From the IMG/VR virus record IMGVR_UViG_3300005613_000037, positions 8,731 through 72,730 of that record: a stretch of DNA of 64,000 bases, one strand, 5' to 3'. Every line of letters starts with the position of its first letter. The first letter of the stretch is position 1. Below are positions 1 to 10,575 of this stretch, one piece after another. The notes under the pieces were generated by a model that was given only the letters and a program-made list of their open reading frames with translations, ran no database searches and was not told the origin of the DNA. This DNA comes from a virus. The translations under genes and the position numbers were made by a program.

Positions 1-30
1 TTAATATATATTAAAAATGAAGTGAGAAAA

Positions 31-405
31 ATGATACTGAAAACTATATTGGTCATGTTGTTTGTAATTATTGCTGCAATATCGAAGGCAGTTCAGGATA
101 AGATACAATTTCATTTCTATGAGTCAAAATTCAAAAAGATGGGAGATTTTTGGAATCCAGAAAAATCTTGGAAATTCAAATACAAGGATGGTGATCCGAA
201 AAAAGGTGATCTGTTCTTAGGATCGTCAACTTTTTTTGTGGGATTTACTGACGCATGGCATCTTTTTGGTCTGATAAGGAATATTTCACTTTTCTCAGCC
301 ATTGTTTGTGCTTCTGGAATATGGTGGTTGATATTCACATACCCGATATTCACCGGAACATTCACATTGTTCTACAAAGTTATTTTCAGTTCGAAAGAAG
401 TTTGA
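31..405 (+). CDS. Hypothetical membrane protein
   Basis: ORF 22..405; ATG at 31 preferred over GTG at 22. Hydrophobic N- and C-terminal segments flank a WNPxxSWKxKY...TDAWHLF core; AATATATA at 3-10. Confidence 0.7.
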   Translation: MILKTILVMLFVIIAAISKAVQDKIQFHFYESKFKKMGDFWNPEKSWKFKYKDGDPKKGDLFLGSSTFFVGFTDAWHLFGLIRNISLFSAIVCASGIWWLIFTYPIFTGTFTLFYKVIFSSKEV

Positions 406-1000
406 GTAGGTCTTCAGTGATCTTGGTTATCATCTTTTTACCTTTCTCGATCTCGATGTTTGGAATATTTCTTATCGAAGAGAATTCAGGAGCTCCTTTT
501 ACTTGAATGTTTTCTATCAATTTAGTGAGTTTCTGGTTCTTGGCATACTTTCTGAGATAATATCCTTTCAGTTCAAGGACAAATCTTTCCATATCAACTC
601 CTTTATTATTGTTATATTTCAACATCTGAAGTTCATTTGATTGTTTCTCAACAAGAATATACCATATTGAGTTTTTAGATATTTTAACATTTTCTAAAAA
701 GTTCAATGCTTTGGACGCTTTTGTTCTATTTGGGAATTTTGCAACCTTTCCAATGAAATCAACTTTTTCATCTGTCTTCTCGGTCTCTGTTCTCCCAAGT
801 TCAATGTCCTGTTCTTTTGGTATGATTGTCTTTCTCGATGGCATTTTTTCCAATTTCTTGCCATTATCAACATGATTCGGCATAGCAGGTCTGTCAGAAT
901 CCACTTCTGGTATTATGGACGGTTGAACTTCTTCAACTTCCTTGTTGGATTTTTTCATTTCTGAAAACTTTTTGAAACCTTGAACTTTTCTTTCTGCCAT
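386..1000 (-). CDS. Hypothetical protein with CTS-like N-terminus (FKKFSE)
   Basis: 204 aa ORF; AATATATA on the minus strand at 1023-1030. Confidence 0.75.
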   Translation of the reverse strand: MAERKVQGFKKFSEMKKSNKEVEEVQPSIIPEVDSDRPAMPNHVDNGKKLEKMPSRKTIIPKEQDIELGRTETEKTDEKVDFIGKVAKFPNRTKASKALNFLENVKISKNSIWYILVEKQSNELQMLKYNNNKGVDMERFVLELKGYYLRKYAKNQKLTKLIENIQVKGAPEFSSIRNIPNIEIEKGKKMITKITEDLLKLLSN

Positions 1001-1055
1001 GTTTTATTATTTTATTTAATGTTATATATTAAGTTTTTCTGATGGTTTTTTATTT

Positions 1056-1310
1056 TTAGCCATTATGTTTGTAATAATACTTATCGACAGTGTAATTTTT
1101 CATGTTCTTTATGATGTTGAACCTATCAAAGAAGCTTGCAACGAGTGGCTGCAATCTTTCGATAAAACTGTTCATCATGTCATTTTTGAACAGATATGGT
1201 GATAGTGAGTTTGTCAATATTGATTTCTCATAGTCCACATAATCATCAAAATCATCGTGTCTGTGTTTGAGCTCGTGTAATTCAGGCAGGTCTTTATATT
1301 CGTATAACAT
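1056..1310 (-). CDS. Hypothetical protein
   Basis: 84 aa ORF whose start overlaps the upstream stop (coupled). Confidence 0.65.
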   Translation of the reverse strand: MLYEYKDLPELHELKHRHDDFDDYVDYEKSILTNSLSPYLFKNDMMNSFIERLQPLVASFFDRFNIIKNMKNYTVDKYYYKHNG

Positions 1311-2137
1311 TAGTTCGGATAGTAAGATTTTAGTGATTCATCTATCGGCTCAAGTATTTCAAACTCATATTCCGATATCGGTATCATTTCTTTGTATGTG
1401 AGTCCAGTATATATATTTTTCGTGAGCCAATCCATCCAGTATTTTTGTTTCTCGATCGGACTCATTTTCTGCCACTTTTCTTTGTTCATTGCAATTTCAG
1501 TGAAATTCCCATCTTCATCAACATACTTGTCATAATCTTTTGAATTATCATACTTATTGGGTCTGAAATGTTTTGCGATTCCCCTATCGGATAATGTTTC
1601 AAAATATTTGAACTCGGTTTCTATATCAAATCTTATCACATAACCTTTGTTTGTGAGCTTGCTTTCAACTCGGTTCAACCTATCTGGTGATATCACATAA
1701 TCGGTTATCTGTTCTGCCATTATCTCATAATAATCTTCAAAATTATTTTCTCTCTTGAAATATAAGGATACCTTCTGTTTATATGTATCAAACTCAATTG
1801 TGTAGTTTGACACAAGTGATCTTGCCTTTTCGATCATTTGCTTCATCTCTACGATAAGTTCGTAAAAGTTATTGAAGTTGTTGTGGTCTAACTGAACAAT
1901 ACCTTCTTGTTCGGTGTTCATGAAATGTTCAATGTGCTTCTTGAATTCAAAGTTAAGAAAAACAGGTGGACCTTCTTCCAACATATCTATATCAGCTTCA
2001 AATGCAGGTATCATTTTATCATCATACAGGAAATTAAGTTCCATTTCGAATTCAAGACCTATTTCATCTGCCATTTCTTGAACGATCTCTTTGAGGTCAT
2101 CTTTTTTGTAACTTAATGATTCTGTGAACTTTCTCAT
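1310..2137 (-). CDS. Hypothetical acidic protein with CTS-like N-terminus (MRKFTES)
   Basis: 275 aa ORF with a 4-nt overlap with the wedge gene stop. Confidence 0.75.
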   Translation of the reverse strand: MRKFTESLSYKKDDLKEIVQEMADEIGLEFEMELNFLYDDKMIPAFEADIDMLEEGPPVFLNFEFKKHIEHFMNTEQEGIVQLDHNNFNNFYELIVEMKQMIEKARSLVSNYTIEFDTYKQKVSLYFKRENNFEDYYEIMAEQITDYVISPDRLNRVESKLTNKGYVIRFDIETEFKYFETLSDRGIAKHFRPNKYDNSKDYDKYVDEDGNFTEIAMNKEKWQKMSPIEKQKYWMDWLTKNIYTGLTYKEMIPISEYEFEILEPIDESLKSYYPN

Positions 2138-3849
2138 CTGTTATCTCGTAATTTTGAATCGACCACACCGGTCTTTATTATGTTTATTGACTTTAAATTC
2201 TTATCTCTCAGATTCGGTGAGAAGAAGATACCATTTCTATCATACCATCCACCTCTTACTATTGGATATTCATTCGGTTCGAATATTATATCTCCAAGTA
2301 TAGGATCAAGTCCTGGTGTGAAATTGGGTCTGTATGTTGGATCAACTTGAACGCCTACCGGGGCTATCTTTGACTCGGATGCAGCAACCTTGTTTTCGGT
2401 TCTTATTTTGTTTATTCTGTGATAATCTTCATTCTTTTTACTTATGAATTGAACATCGACCGAGTGTATATCATTTATATTTGAAAGTTTTGCAATGATA
2501 TCTGATTTTGGTATTCTGGAAGTTCTGTTTATATCCAAAAAATACTCTGAAACGATATCTGTTATCTGTGAGTTGATCGAGTCATCATTTGAATCGGAGT
2601 ATCTTATCACAAAAACATTCATCACATAATAGCTCAATCTAGGCGAATCTATTCTGAATTTCCTGGTCAATTGTATGTTCCCATTGCTTCTTAGATACTT
2701 GCCTATTTTTGACTTTTCATAATCATCCAATACGAACGCATTTGAATTCACTGAGAAATAATCTGCATTTCTGTTCTTGAACAATCTGATGTTGGGTGTT
2801 GCAACTATGTAAATTATGTTATTATCCTCATACGCATTCACATGTGAGAACACTCCCAATTTCTTGATCTCATAGGCATATTGTTGTGGAAGACCAAGAA
2901 CAAAGTTATTCGATGCGATCGGAAGTATGTTTTTTGTGAAGCTGATCTCTTCTGAGTTTGATCCGAAATTTATATCATTGAATATGAGTACATCGAATAT
3001 CTGAGGTATATCAGCCGTTCCTCCTAAACCATCAAGAACATCATCAACGAATGTGAAATCATTTTGAGTTCTTCTGAATATGTTACCATCTCTACCGTCT
3101 GTGACAATATATCTTACGATTATTGTTGATCCAAGATCTGGTATGTTTCCGAATCCTTGATTTCCGAATATCACATCTATGCCTCCGTTGAATCCTGTTC
3201 TCACAACACATGAATTCTCACCTGGTAAAAGATCATAAAGATGTTTTTTAACGGTCCAGAATTCTCCGTTCACAATTACTTCCACATTGAAATTCTCTAT
3301 ATCCTGATTGCCTTTCAGCGCAACCTGATATGTCTGATTTATCTCACCGGTTCCGGTGAATGTTGTTTCACTTACTCGTCCTTGTATTATCGGTAAGAAT
3401 ATTTGAGTTGACCGACTGACCTGATAGGTAACTGCATCCTGTCCTATATCAAGTGAATAGAAAAGTCCGTTCGTGTTATTTCTTAAAGTTGATCTGTTAT
3501 TGAATGTGACCCGTCCACCTCTCAACTCAGATTCAAGGTCTATGCCAGGTTTCACAACAAGTTTCAATGTTCCAGTTGCTGATATTGCTCGTCCTGGGAT
3601 GTGTCCTGCGAATATTGCTGCATTTCTTACTATTTTTGGATTTGATGAGTTGGGTTGACTGAGGTCAAAACCATTTTTTGAATTTTTCAGATAAAGAAAT
3701 GAAAGTTGTTGCATTTTTTCGATCACATTCAATATCATGCCAAAAGGAGATGCAGGAGAGAATGTGACATCTGCTTTATTATGTTCTCTTCTGAGGAACC
3801 TTTCGACCTCGCCTTTTATGTTATTGAATGTTATCTGTGTAAAATCCAT
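2134..3849 (-). CDS. Baseplate wedge subunit (T4 gp6 / baseplate J-like)
   Basis: 571 aa; pattern IVRNAAIFAGHIPGRAISA...IIQG...VIVNGEFW...DVIFGNQGFGNIP...IIVRYIVTDGRDGN is typical of gp6-like proteins. Confidence 0.85.
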   Translation of the reverse strand: MDFTQITFNNIKGEVERFLRREHNKADVTFSPASPFGMILNVIEKMQQLSFLYLKNSKNGFDLSQPNSSNPKIVRNAAIFAGHIPGRAISATGTLKLVVKPGIDLESELRGGRVTFNNRSTLRNNTNGLFYSLDIGQDAVTYQVSRSTQIFLPIIQGRVSETTFTGTGEINQTYQVALKGNQDIENFNVEVIVNGEFWTVKKHLYDLLPGENSCVVRTGFNGGIDVIFGNQGFGNIPDLGSTIIVRYIVTDGRDGNIFRRTQNDFTFVDDVLDGLGGTADIPQIFDVLIFNDINFGSNSEEISFTKNILPIASNNFVLGLPQQYAYEIKKLGVFSHVNAYEDNNIIYIVATPNIRLFKNRNADYFSVNSNAFVLDDYEKSKIGKYLRSNGNIQLTRKFRIDSPRLSYYVMNVFVIRYSDSNDDSINSQITDIVSEYFLDINRTSRIPKSDIIAKLSNINDIHSVDVQFISKKNEDYHRINKIRTENKVAASESKIAPVGVQVDPTYRPNFTPGLDPILGDIIFEPNEYPIVRGGWYDRNGIFFSPNLRDKNLKSINIIKTGVVDSKLRDNR

Positions 3850-3851
3850 GC

Positions 3852-4166
3852 TTATTTAATTGAATTTATGTAATCTTGATCAAATCTTTTTTTCTCGAAT
3901 ATATCGGAAACATCCTTTTTGAATGATTCTATTGATGAACATCTTTCGATCAGTGAGTCCTCATTGTTCGGATCTGCAAGGTACGACCATTTGAAGTTGT
4001 TTTTTTCAAGTTGGTTTTTTTCCATGAACATGACAAGTCGCATTTCATTATCAATATCAATTCTGACATGGTTTCTGAATTTCTTGTCTGATATTTCTCG
4101 AATGTTCACATTTTCAAAAATTTCTGTGATATCGAAGTGGATCCGGTTGATATTATCTTTGTACAT
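3852..4166 (-). CDS. Hypothetical protein
   Basis: 104 aa ORF ending 2 nt before the wedge gene; TATATA box near 4187-4194. Confidence 0.65.
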   Translation of the reverse strand: MYKDNINRIHFDITEIFENVNIREISDKKFRNHVRIDIDNEMRLVMFMEKNQLEKNNFKWSYLADPNNEDSLIERCSSIESFKKDVSDIFEKKRFDQDYINSIK

Positions 4167-4257
4167 TTTGTTGAATATATTTTCGTTTATATATAAAATA
4201 TCTGATCCTCACTTACTTTCACTGATACAGCATTTCAGTTTTTAATTTTTCCATCTT

Positions 4258-4265
4258 AATATATA
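4258..4265 (+). promoter_or_regulatory. AATATATA putative phage late promoter (representative of about 25 copies; see findings)
   Basis: Exact octamer in the correct orientation upstream of gene starts throughout the window. Confidence 0.7.
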
Positions 4266-4270
4266 TCAGT

Positions 4271-4981
4271 ATGGAAGATATAATAAAAGTTTGGAAGCAA
4301 TATGGCATCGAAGGTGTCATTGTAGCAGGGTTGGGTCTTATAGTGACCGGTTTGTTAAAATCAGGTAAGATAGGCAGTTTTTTCTCTAGGATATCTGATA
4401 GATTGCTTGAAAGAGTGATGGAAAGTTCATCTGATGAGAATATTATGCGTTCTCATATAAATGAATCCAATATCGTGAATCACGATATTTTCAATTACAT
4501 TGATTTTTGGATGTACTCAAAGGTTCCTGCAATGAAATTCTCAACTGATTACAGAACTGCAGTTTTCAGAAAGTATCTTACCGTTTATCTCAAGTGTTAT
4601 AAGAAGGAATTGAAAAAGGTAGTTGATTCTGGTGAATATAAAGAAATGGATTCATCCGAACTTTGGAAAACAATGATCGATCTTTTGAATCAGATAGTTT
4701 ATCAATATGAAAGTCAGTCAAGAGAGCAAGGCATTCCTGATGTTGTTATCAATAAAATGAAGGTAAAGAACAATGATACGATCCAACTTACGATGGATCT
4801 CATAGAAAGTGTTGTGAATTCACAATTCTATGAATCGGAAAATAATTATCTTAAGGTTTATTCGATACAGAACATTATACTATCGGTCTTGGAAAGTACG
4901 ATATCGAACTCTGATTTCATTTGCAACTCGATAAACGGTGAACTTCAAGGTCTCACAATGGACGGATTCACTGAACCTTGA
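4271..4981 (+). CDS. Membrane-anchored protein, possible holin-like
   Basis: Single N-terminal hydrophobic helix (GIEGVIVAGLGLIVTGLL) followed by a large soluble domain; AATATATA 5 nt before the ATG. Function is inferred only. Confidence 0.5.
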   Translation: MEDIIKVWKQYGIEGVIVAGLGLIVTGLLKSGKIGSFFSRISDRLLERVMESSSDENIMRSHINESNIVNHDIFNYIDFWMYSKVPAMKFSTDYRTAVFRKYLTVYLKCYKKELKKVVDSGEYKEMDSSELWKTMIDLLNQIVYQYESQSREQGIPDVVINKMKVKNNDTIQLTMDLIESVVNSQFYESENNYLKVYSIQNIILSVLESTISNSDFICNSINGELQGLTMDGFTEP

Positions 4982-5056
4982 TCCTATAAAAGATCCACAC
5001 TTTTCGGAAACCAAATAATTAAATAATTATATAATAAAAAAAATAATTAATTAATC

Positions 5057-5341
5057 ATGGAAAAATTCGAAGAAATGAAAAAAGACATCGAGGCAATTCT
5101 CGAAGAGGTAGAAGAGAACATCACAGATTTCTCTCTTGATCAGATCAAAGGTATCAAGTCAAAGGTAGAACAGCTTGAATCAAGTATTTTGAAAAGACGA
5201 GATAAGAAGAAAGTGAAAACATTCACGGTATCAGAAGAGGTTCACTCACAGGTAAAGAAGTTCTGTGTTGAGAATGATATCAAGATGGGTGAGTGGATCG
5301 AATCAAAGTTGATTGAGCACATCAATCCCAAAGCGAAATGA
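5057..5341 (+). CDS. Ribbon-helix-helix-like DNA-binding protein
   Basis: C-terminal KVKTFTVSEEVHSQVKKFCVENDIKMGEWIESKL fits the RHH strand-helix-helix pattern. Confidence 0.55.
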   Translation: MEKFEEMKKDIEAILEEVEENITDFSLDQIKGIKSKVEQLESSILKRRDKKKVKTFTVSEEVHSQVKKFCVENDIKMGEWIESKLIEHINPKAK

Positions 5342-5840
5342 TCATTTCAACTGAGAATTCAGGATCAGTTACTTTCAGATCCCAATCTGTCATATCTGCA
5401 AAGTCATTTTTGTCAGCAAGTAGTCGCCTTTCAATTGAGTCGTTCTTATCGGCCCTGTTGAACAGGCGACTTCTTCTTGTTTCCTCGTCAATGTCCAAAT
5501 AGACGATAAAACAATTTTCTCTTACACTCTGTTCTATTTGGTTCAATTCACCAGGTGTCATTATGAATACTTGTTTATTGTTGAATTCCTCTTTTTCAAA
5601 TCCATACAACCATCTATCACCTAAGTGGTTTTTGAATTCTTCATAAACGATCATATCATTTATATTGAAGTTTTCATTTTGAGTGAATTTATATGTGATT
5701 CCTTGGATCTCTTTTTTTCTTTTTGGGCGTGTGGTTGTTTTCACACCTACAAGGTATCCAAGTTCTCTGAGTTGTGATGTTATGAAATCCTTTCCTGATC
5801 CACTCTGACCACATATTAGCAGTTTTTCAAATTTATCCAT
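5322..5840 (-). CDS. gmk: Guanylate kinase-like protein
   Basis: P-loop GQSGSGKD, TTTRPKRKKEIQGITYKF, WLYG and IERRLLAD motifs. Confidence 0.85.
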   Translation of the reverse strand: MDKFEKLLICGQSGSGKDFITSQLRELGYLVGVKTTTRPKRKKEIQGITYKFTQNENFNINDMIVYEEFKNHLGDRWLYGFEKEEFNNKQVFIMTPGELNQIEQSVRENCFIVYLDIDEETRRSRLFNRADKNDSIERRLLADKNDFADMTDWDLKVTDPEFSVEMIISLWD

Positions 5841-5870
5841 GTGGATTATATATGGATTTAAAAATAAGGT

Positions 5871-6386
5871 TTAATTTTCAACTTTTGTCACATCCTTCAA
5901 GTGTGACTTTGTGAATTTGTCAAAGTCCATTACCTTACCAGCAGGGGCTTTCTTCTTCAACATTTGCTGTATCGATTTCAGATCGATCTTCTTCTGTCTT
6001 GATTTTTTCCCTGTTCTTGCTCCATGGTTCTTTCCCATTTCTATCTTTTGGAATGTCCTGTTTGCCCCAGATGGGTTGTAAGGAACTGATATGTCGCCAC
6101 TTCCTTCGGTGCCGCCACCTGATGCCCAAGCTTTTCCATTCAAAGCTCCCGGAAGTGCAGCGGGTTGTGATGATTGAACTGGTCCCATTCCGGCAGTTGT
6201 TGCATTTCCAAGTGCAACTCCTCCTGAGAATGGAGTTGCACCACCTGATGCTGCCCCACCGGTTGCTGATGTTGTTTCCAATATTACAAGGCTTTCTTCA
6301 ATGAATCGGTCAAGTTCTTCGACCATTTCAATATCGTTCTTTTGTTTGGCGGTTTCCCGCAGTTGGTATAATTCGTAAATAGACAT
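5871..6386 (-). CDS. Hypothetical Gly/Ala-rich protein with basic C-terminus
   Basis: 171 aa ORF; TATATA box 4 nt before the ATG. Confidence 0.7.
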   Translation of the reverse strand: MSIYELYQLRETAKQKNDIEMVEELDRFIEESLVILETTSATGGAASGGATPFSGGVALGNATTAGMGPVQSSQPAALPGALNGKAWASGGGTEGSGDISVPYNPSGANRTFQKIEMGKNHGARTGKKSRQKKIDLKSIQQMLKKKAPAGKVMDFDKFTKSHLKDVTKVEN

Positions 6387-6446
6387 ATTGTATATATAAT
6401 TTTCAGAAAATGAAAAACATTGAATAAATAAGATAATATCATTAAA

Positions 6447-6992
6447 GTGGATACATTGAAAACATTGGAGGTTGATAGGCTTATCAAAAAGCTGGAATTT
6501 GTAATATCAGATTATGAATATCAATCTGAGTTAATGAGTGGTGTTGAAAGACATTTTCAAACATCTGTCAGTGAATTATTGAAAGAGTATCCACAGCTTT
6601 CTGAATTTTATGAAGAGAACAAGTTTGATGATGGATCTGAATCAATTGATATCGAGCAAAATAGTGATCAAAGTGTCATAAAAGATCTTTATAAAAAGAT
6701 AGTCAAAGAGACACATCCTGATAAAACGGCTGATTCAAAGATGAATACGCTGTTCAAAGAAGCAAGTCAGGCATATAAGAACAAGGATATAGTTGATATG
6801 ATCAGGTATGGACATGCCTTGAACATTGACATTGAGGATATCCCAATTGACAAGATAAAGGAAAGGATCGAAATGATCGAAAAGAAAACTGAATTCTTAA
6901 AGAAGACATACACTTGGAAGTGGATGGTAACAGATGACCAGATCGAAAAAAGAAAAATAATAATTCAATATCTCAGGTCCAACATCATATGA
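6447..6992 (+). CDS. J-domain (DnaJ-like) co-chaperone
   Basis: IKDLYKKIVKETHPDK...LFKEASQAY contains the HPD signature; GTG start. Confidence 0.8.
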   Translation: MDTLKTLEVDRLIKKLEFVISDYEYQSELMSGVERHFQTSVSELLKEYPQLSEFYEENKFDDGSESIDIEQNSDQSVIKDLYKKIVKETHPDKTADSKMNTLFKEASQAYKNKDIVDMIRYGHALNIDIEDIPIDKIKERIEMIEKKTEFLKKTYTWKWMVTDDQIEKRKIIIQYLRSNII

Positions 6993-7611
6993 TATTCAAT
7001 TTCAAACCTCGTTTATCAATTATTTCTTCGAATTCCTCTTTTCTGAGAATTCTCTTATAAACATCATTTGCCTGTCTTGGATCCTGCAACTGCCAATCAT
7101 TTCCGTTCGATGTGGTATATATGAAGTTTTTATTATCATCAACTATTTCAATTGTTCTTGATGTCAGTTTATTGTAAAAATCATTGATGTTGCCGGTCAG
7201 CTTATAAAGTTTGGCTTCTTCCCATTGTTTCAAAGCTGTGTTCCATGTCTGAAACATGATATATTCTGGATTTTCAAGTTCGTTTGCATTCTGGTCATAT
7301 ATCAACATGAATTTACAAGGTTTGTTAACGAAGGTTTCATAGTTATCGGTTTCTTCTACTTGAGTTTTTTTCAGTCCAAGTGATATCAATGAGTTCACAA
7401 AATCAACATCATTTGCCATTTCATCTATATCAAGTTTTGTTTCCTGAGAAAGTTTCAGTTCATCGAATATATCAGTGAGTTCTGCTCCGATCGATGCAAG
7501 AAGAACATCATGCCACATTGAAAGGGATTCTTTCAGGTCATCTATCAATTGAAAGTTTGTATCTATTTCAAACTGTTCCAAGAATTTTTTAAATGTTTTA
7601 ATGTTTTGCAT
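6985..7611 (-). CDS. Hypothetical protein with CTS-like N-terminus (IKTFKKFLE)
   Basis: 208 aa ORF; AATATATA at 7619-7626. Confidence 0.75.
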   Translation of the reverse strand: MQNIKTFKKFLEQFEIDTNFQLIDDLKESLSMWHDVLLASIGAELTDIFDELKLSQETKLDIDEMANDVDFVNSLISLGLKKTQVEETDNYETFVNKPCKFMLIYDQNANELENPEYIMFQTWNTALKQWEEAKLYKLTGNINDFYNKLTSRTIEIVDDNKNFIYTTSNGNDWQLQDPRQANDVYKRILRKEEFEEIIDKRGLKLNII

Positions 7612-7641
7612 ATCACTATATATATTAAACTTTCAAACAGA

Positions 7642-10572
7642 TCACGCAAGATCGTTGTTTCTGAATTCATCATAAGTGTTGAAAGCAATAAGTGACCTGT
7701 TGACCCTTTTATCTCTCGTCTTATTTTTTTCTCTTAGCGCGTCTTCGAATGTTCTTTGTCCATCTGTACAGTATTTTCGATTCTTTTTCCAATCTCTCCA
7801 ACAAAGATATGTTGCTGGTCTGAGATCTGCTAATATGGCATCAGCTGCCTCTTCGGCCGATTGTGCTTTTTTCAGATCAACTTGCAGGGTTTTGTCCAAT
7901 TCATCCCAATAATATTTTATGGCCGCCTCAAATGAAACTTTTTGCCTGACTATTTCTTGATATTTTTCAACATTTTCGTTGTTCGGTCCGATGAGTCTTT
8001 TCCTTTCTTGAACGCTGTTTGCTATTCCGAAGAATTGTTCAAATTCCAATCTACGACTTCCGGTCCATTGAACTAGACTTACACCACCTTTCCATGATTG
8101 TTTTTTATTAAGCAATGAAATTTCCAATCTATCTACTATCAAACCACTCTCTGCAATCATGTTACCAACAATGGCAGCTGCGCCATATTGAGATGCACCA
8201 TGTGTGTTCATCAATATATCCATTGCTTTTGCAATTCGTTCTTTCTCACTCAAAGTTGTAGTATCAGTGCTATTGGTAATATTATTCGTGTTGTTGGTAC
8301 TTACATTATTGGCCGCTTGTGTCGTTCCAGTTGGATCAGTCAGAGGCTGATCTGTAGGTCCAAGAGGATTATCATTATCTTGAAAATCTTCTTGTAAATT
8401 TTCACTGGTCGTATTGGTTGTTTCCAATTCTTCGATCGTTTTTTCAAGATCTCTTCTCAACAGTCCTACTTTTTGGTAGAATTGGTTGCCATCGAAAACG
8501 AATTCGATCGAATTTATTATTGCTTCACCCGCAACTCTCAGGTGTTTGATCGATTCTTGAAATCCTGGTTTCATATATGTCAATAGGAAATTCACTTTCT
8601 GGTAAAGTTGAAGGTTGTAGTTTGGACTTGGTAATGTGAGATCAATGTCGATCTTGTTAAGTTCATTTGAATTGACCATATTGTGAACTTCTGCAAAATT
8701 CATATTATCGTGTGAATTTCCAAGTCCATTGTCCCATCTGTCCATCTTACCTTTCCACTTACTTATTGTGTTCTCATCATAGAAGCTGTTATCTTTTGTC
8801 TTGCCTTTTAGAATAAGTTTGTCCTTATTTGTAGTGAGTGTGTCTATGTTGAATATGAGCATTTCCTTATTCACATCATCATAGTATTTTGTTTTTGTCA
8901 GGTAGGATGCATTCAAAGATACTTTTGTTGATCTGTTGAGGATTTCAACATTTCTCACATAAGCGTTCGAATCTTTTGCAAATTCCTCTGTTGTAAGAAC
9001 CATTGTTGTTACTTTTTCATCCAATTCCTGTTGCTGTTGTATTTTACTGAATCCACTTGAAAGTATCATTTTATCATTTTCAATGTCTCTTTCTATCTCT
9101 TTCTCAAGATCAACAAAGCACAGATTGTAATAAAAATCAACAAAACACATTGTGAATGCAGTATCTGATATATAAGATTTCTTTGAAACATCTTCTATGA
9201 AGTCAAGTCGTCTGAAACCTGGATTGATCCATGTCTGTATATCATTCGTTGAATTTGCATTTGTTGCAAATCCAAGCTGACATTCTTTTGCAACCTGTCT
9301 GAGTGTATCGATCGAGCTCATTGATCTGTATGATCTGAATTTTCTAAGATATATCTGCGGTATGTCACATATTCCTCTCATGATATATGAGTTTCCTACA
9401 TCTTTGAATCCCGTGACTTTGAAATCCATGTATATCGGTCTTAACCTTTCTGTTATTGGATGAAGGAATATTGTGATGATCGAATCGTCATTTGGAAATC
9501 CATAACCTGAGAATATACCATATGCGTCTTTGAAATTTATAGATATCGCAGGTAACATGTTCTCATGATAGAGTGTGAAATATTGAATATTCTCAACATC
9601 GATAAGTACACCATTATAATAGACCAATGGGCCTTGTGAAAATCCAGATCTGAATATCTTTGAGGTCACATCATCACTCACAGATTCTCCTGTTTTCTCA
9701 AAACTTATCTTTGTTGGTGCAATTGTTGGTTTGAACTCCTGAGTCAATTGCACAGGTGTGAACTCAGCTTCTGTTTGTGTTGTTTCATCATTTGAATCAT
9801 CTGCTGGTTGTTCGATCTCATTTGGATTCACTTCTTCATTATTGTTCTGAACAGGTGTATCTTGATTGGGATCAGCATCCAATTCTTGGTTCTGTTGTGT
9901 GATCGGATCCTGTGTTTCAACTTCTGGTTCTATTTCGATAGGTTGTTCTGTCGGTATCGGAGCAGGATTCGATTCAGATCTTACATCATCAGATACGATA
10001 CTTTTCGGTATCAGAAACATTACTCTTACTTTATTGTCAAGATCCAATTTGAATTTACCTACTTTATTGATATCGGTTTTATCTATCAATTCAAGTGTCT
10101 TTGTCTCAGCTGACCGTTCAGCCTGTGCTTGAATCGTATTTGTCTGTGATATGACATAATATTCGTTATCAGAATTTTTATCAAGATAGGATTTCATAGG
10201 AAGATTTCCTGCTATTGCACTCCAACTTTCGTTCCTTGATTTTCTTTTGACTTCTTTCAATGTAAGAAGTGGTGCGAGATTTGTTGGTTGTGATTCGTTC
10301 TGTATGGGATTTGCCTGTTTTGGACCATCCACAAGTTCAATGTATTCCTTGACCTTATCGATGATATTTTGCCTTTCATTCACTAAAAGTTCCCAAGTTA
10401 GGTCAGTTGATTTTATGAAATATTCATCTTTCAGTCGGTTGAACTCATCCCAAAGGTCGCCGCCATTTGGTTGGAGTATTTCCAATTTTTCATATCCAAG
10501 TTCTTGGACCTGTGCAAAATTGAGCGATTTATATACTCCAATATCGAAGATATATTGTTGAGGATCTAACAT
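7642..10572 (-). CDS. Baseplate hub-like protein with C-terminal phage tail lysozyme domain
   Basis: 976 aa. The C-terminus GAAAIVGNMIAESGL...GGVSLVQWTGSRR...LKKAQSAEEAA matches the tail-lysozyme (Phage_lysozyme2-like) pattern. The central region resembles gp27/late-control-D hubs; the gene neighbours other baseplate genes. Confidence 0.7.
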   Translation of the reverse strand: MLDPQQYIFDIGVYKSLNFAQVQELGYEKLEILQPNGGDLWDEFNRLKDEYFIKSTDLTWELLVNERQNIIDKVKEYIELVDGPKQANPIQNESQPTNLAPLLTLKEVKRKSRNESWSAIAGNLPMKSYLDKNSDNEYYVISQTNTIQAQAERSAETKTLELIDKTDINKVGKFKLDLDNKVRVMFLIPKSIVSDDVRSESNPAPIPTEQPIEIEPEVETQDPITQQNQELDADPNQDTPVQNNNEEVNPNEIEQPADDSNDETTQTEAEFTPVQLTQEFKPTIAPTKISFEKTGESVSDDVTSKIFRSGFSQGPLVYYNGVLIDVENIQYFTLYHENMLPAISINFKDAYGIFSGYGFPNDDSIITIFLHPITERLRPIYMDFKVTGFKDVGNSYIMRGICDIPQIYLRKFRSYRSMSSIDTLRQVAKECQLGFATNANSTNDIQTWINPGFRRLDFIEDVSKKSYISDTAFTMCFVDFYYNLCFVDLEKEIERDIENDKMILSSGFSKIQQQQELDEKVTTMVLTTEEFAKDSNAYVRNVEILNRSTKVSLNASYLTKTKYYDDVNKEMLIFNIDTLTTNKDKLILKGKTKDNSFYDENTISKWKGKMDRWDNGLGNSHDNMNFAEVHNMVNSNELNKIDIDLTLPSPNYNLQLYQKVNFLLTYMKPGFQESIKHLRVAGEAIINSIEFVFDGNQFYQKVGLLRRDLEKTIEELETTNTTSENLQEDFQDNDNPLGPTDQPLTDPTGTTQAANNVSTNNTNNITNSTDTTTLSEKERIAKAMDILMNTHGASQYGAAAIVGNMIAESGLIVDRLEISLLNKKQSWKGGVSLVQWTGSRRLEFEQFFGIANSVQERKRLIGPNNENVEKYQEIVRQKVSFEAAIKYYWDELDKTLQVDLKKAQSAEEAADAILADLRPATYLCWRDWKKNRKYCTDGQRTFEDALREKNKTRDKRVNRSLIAFNTYDEFRNNDLA

Positions 10573-10575
10573 GTT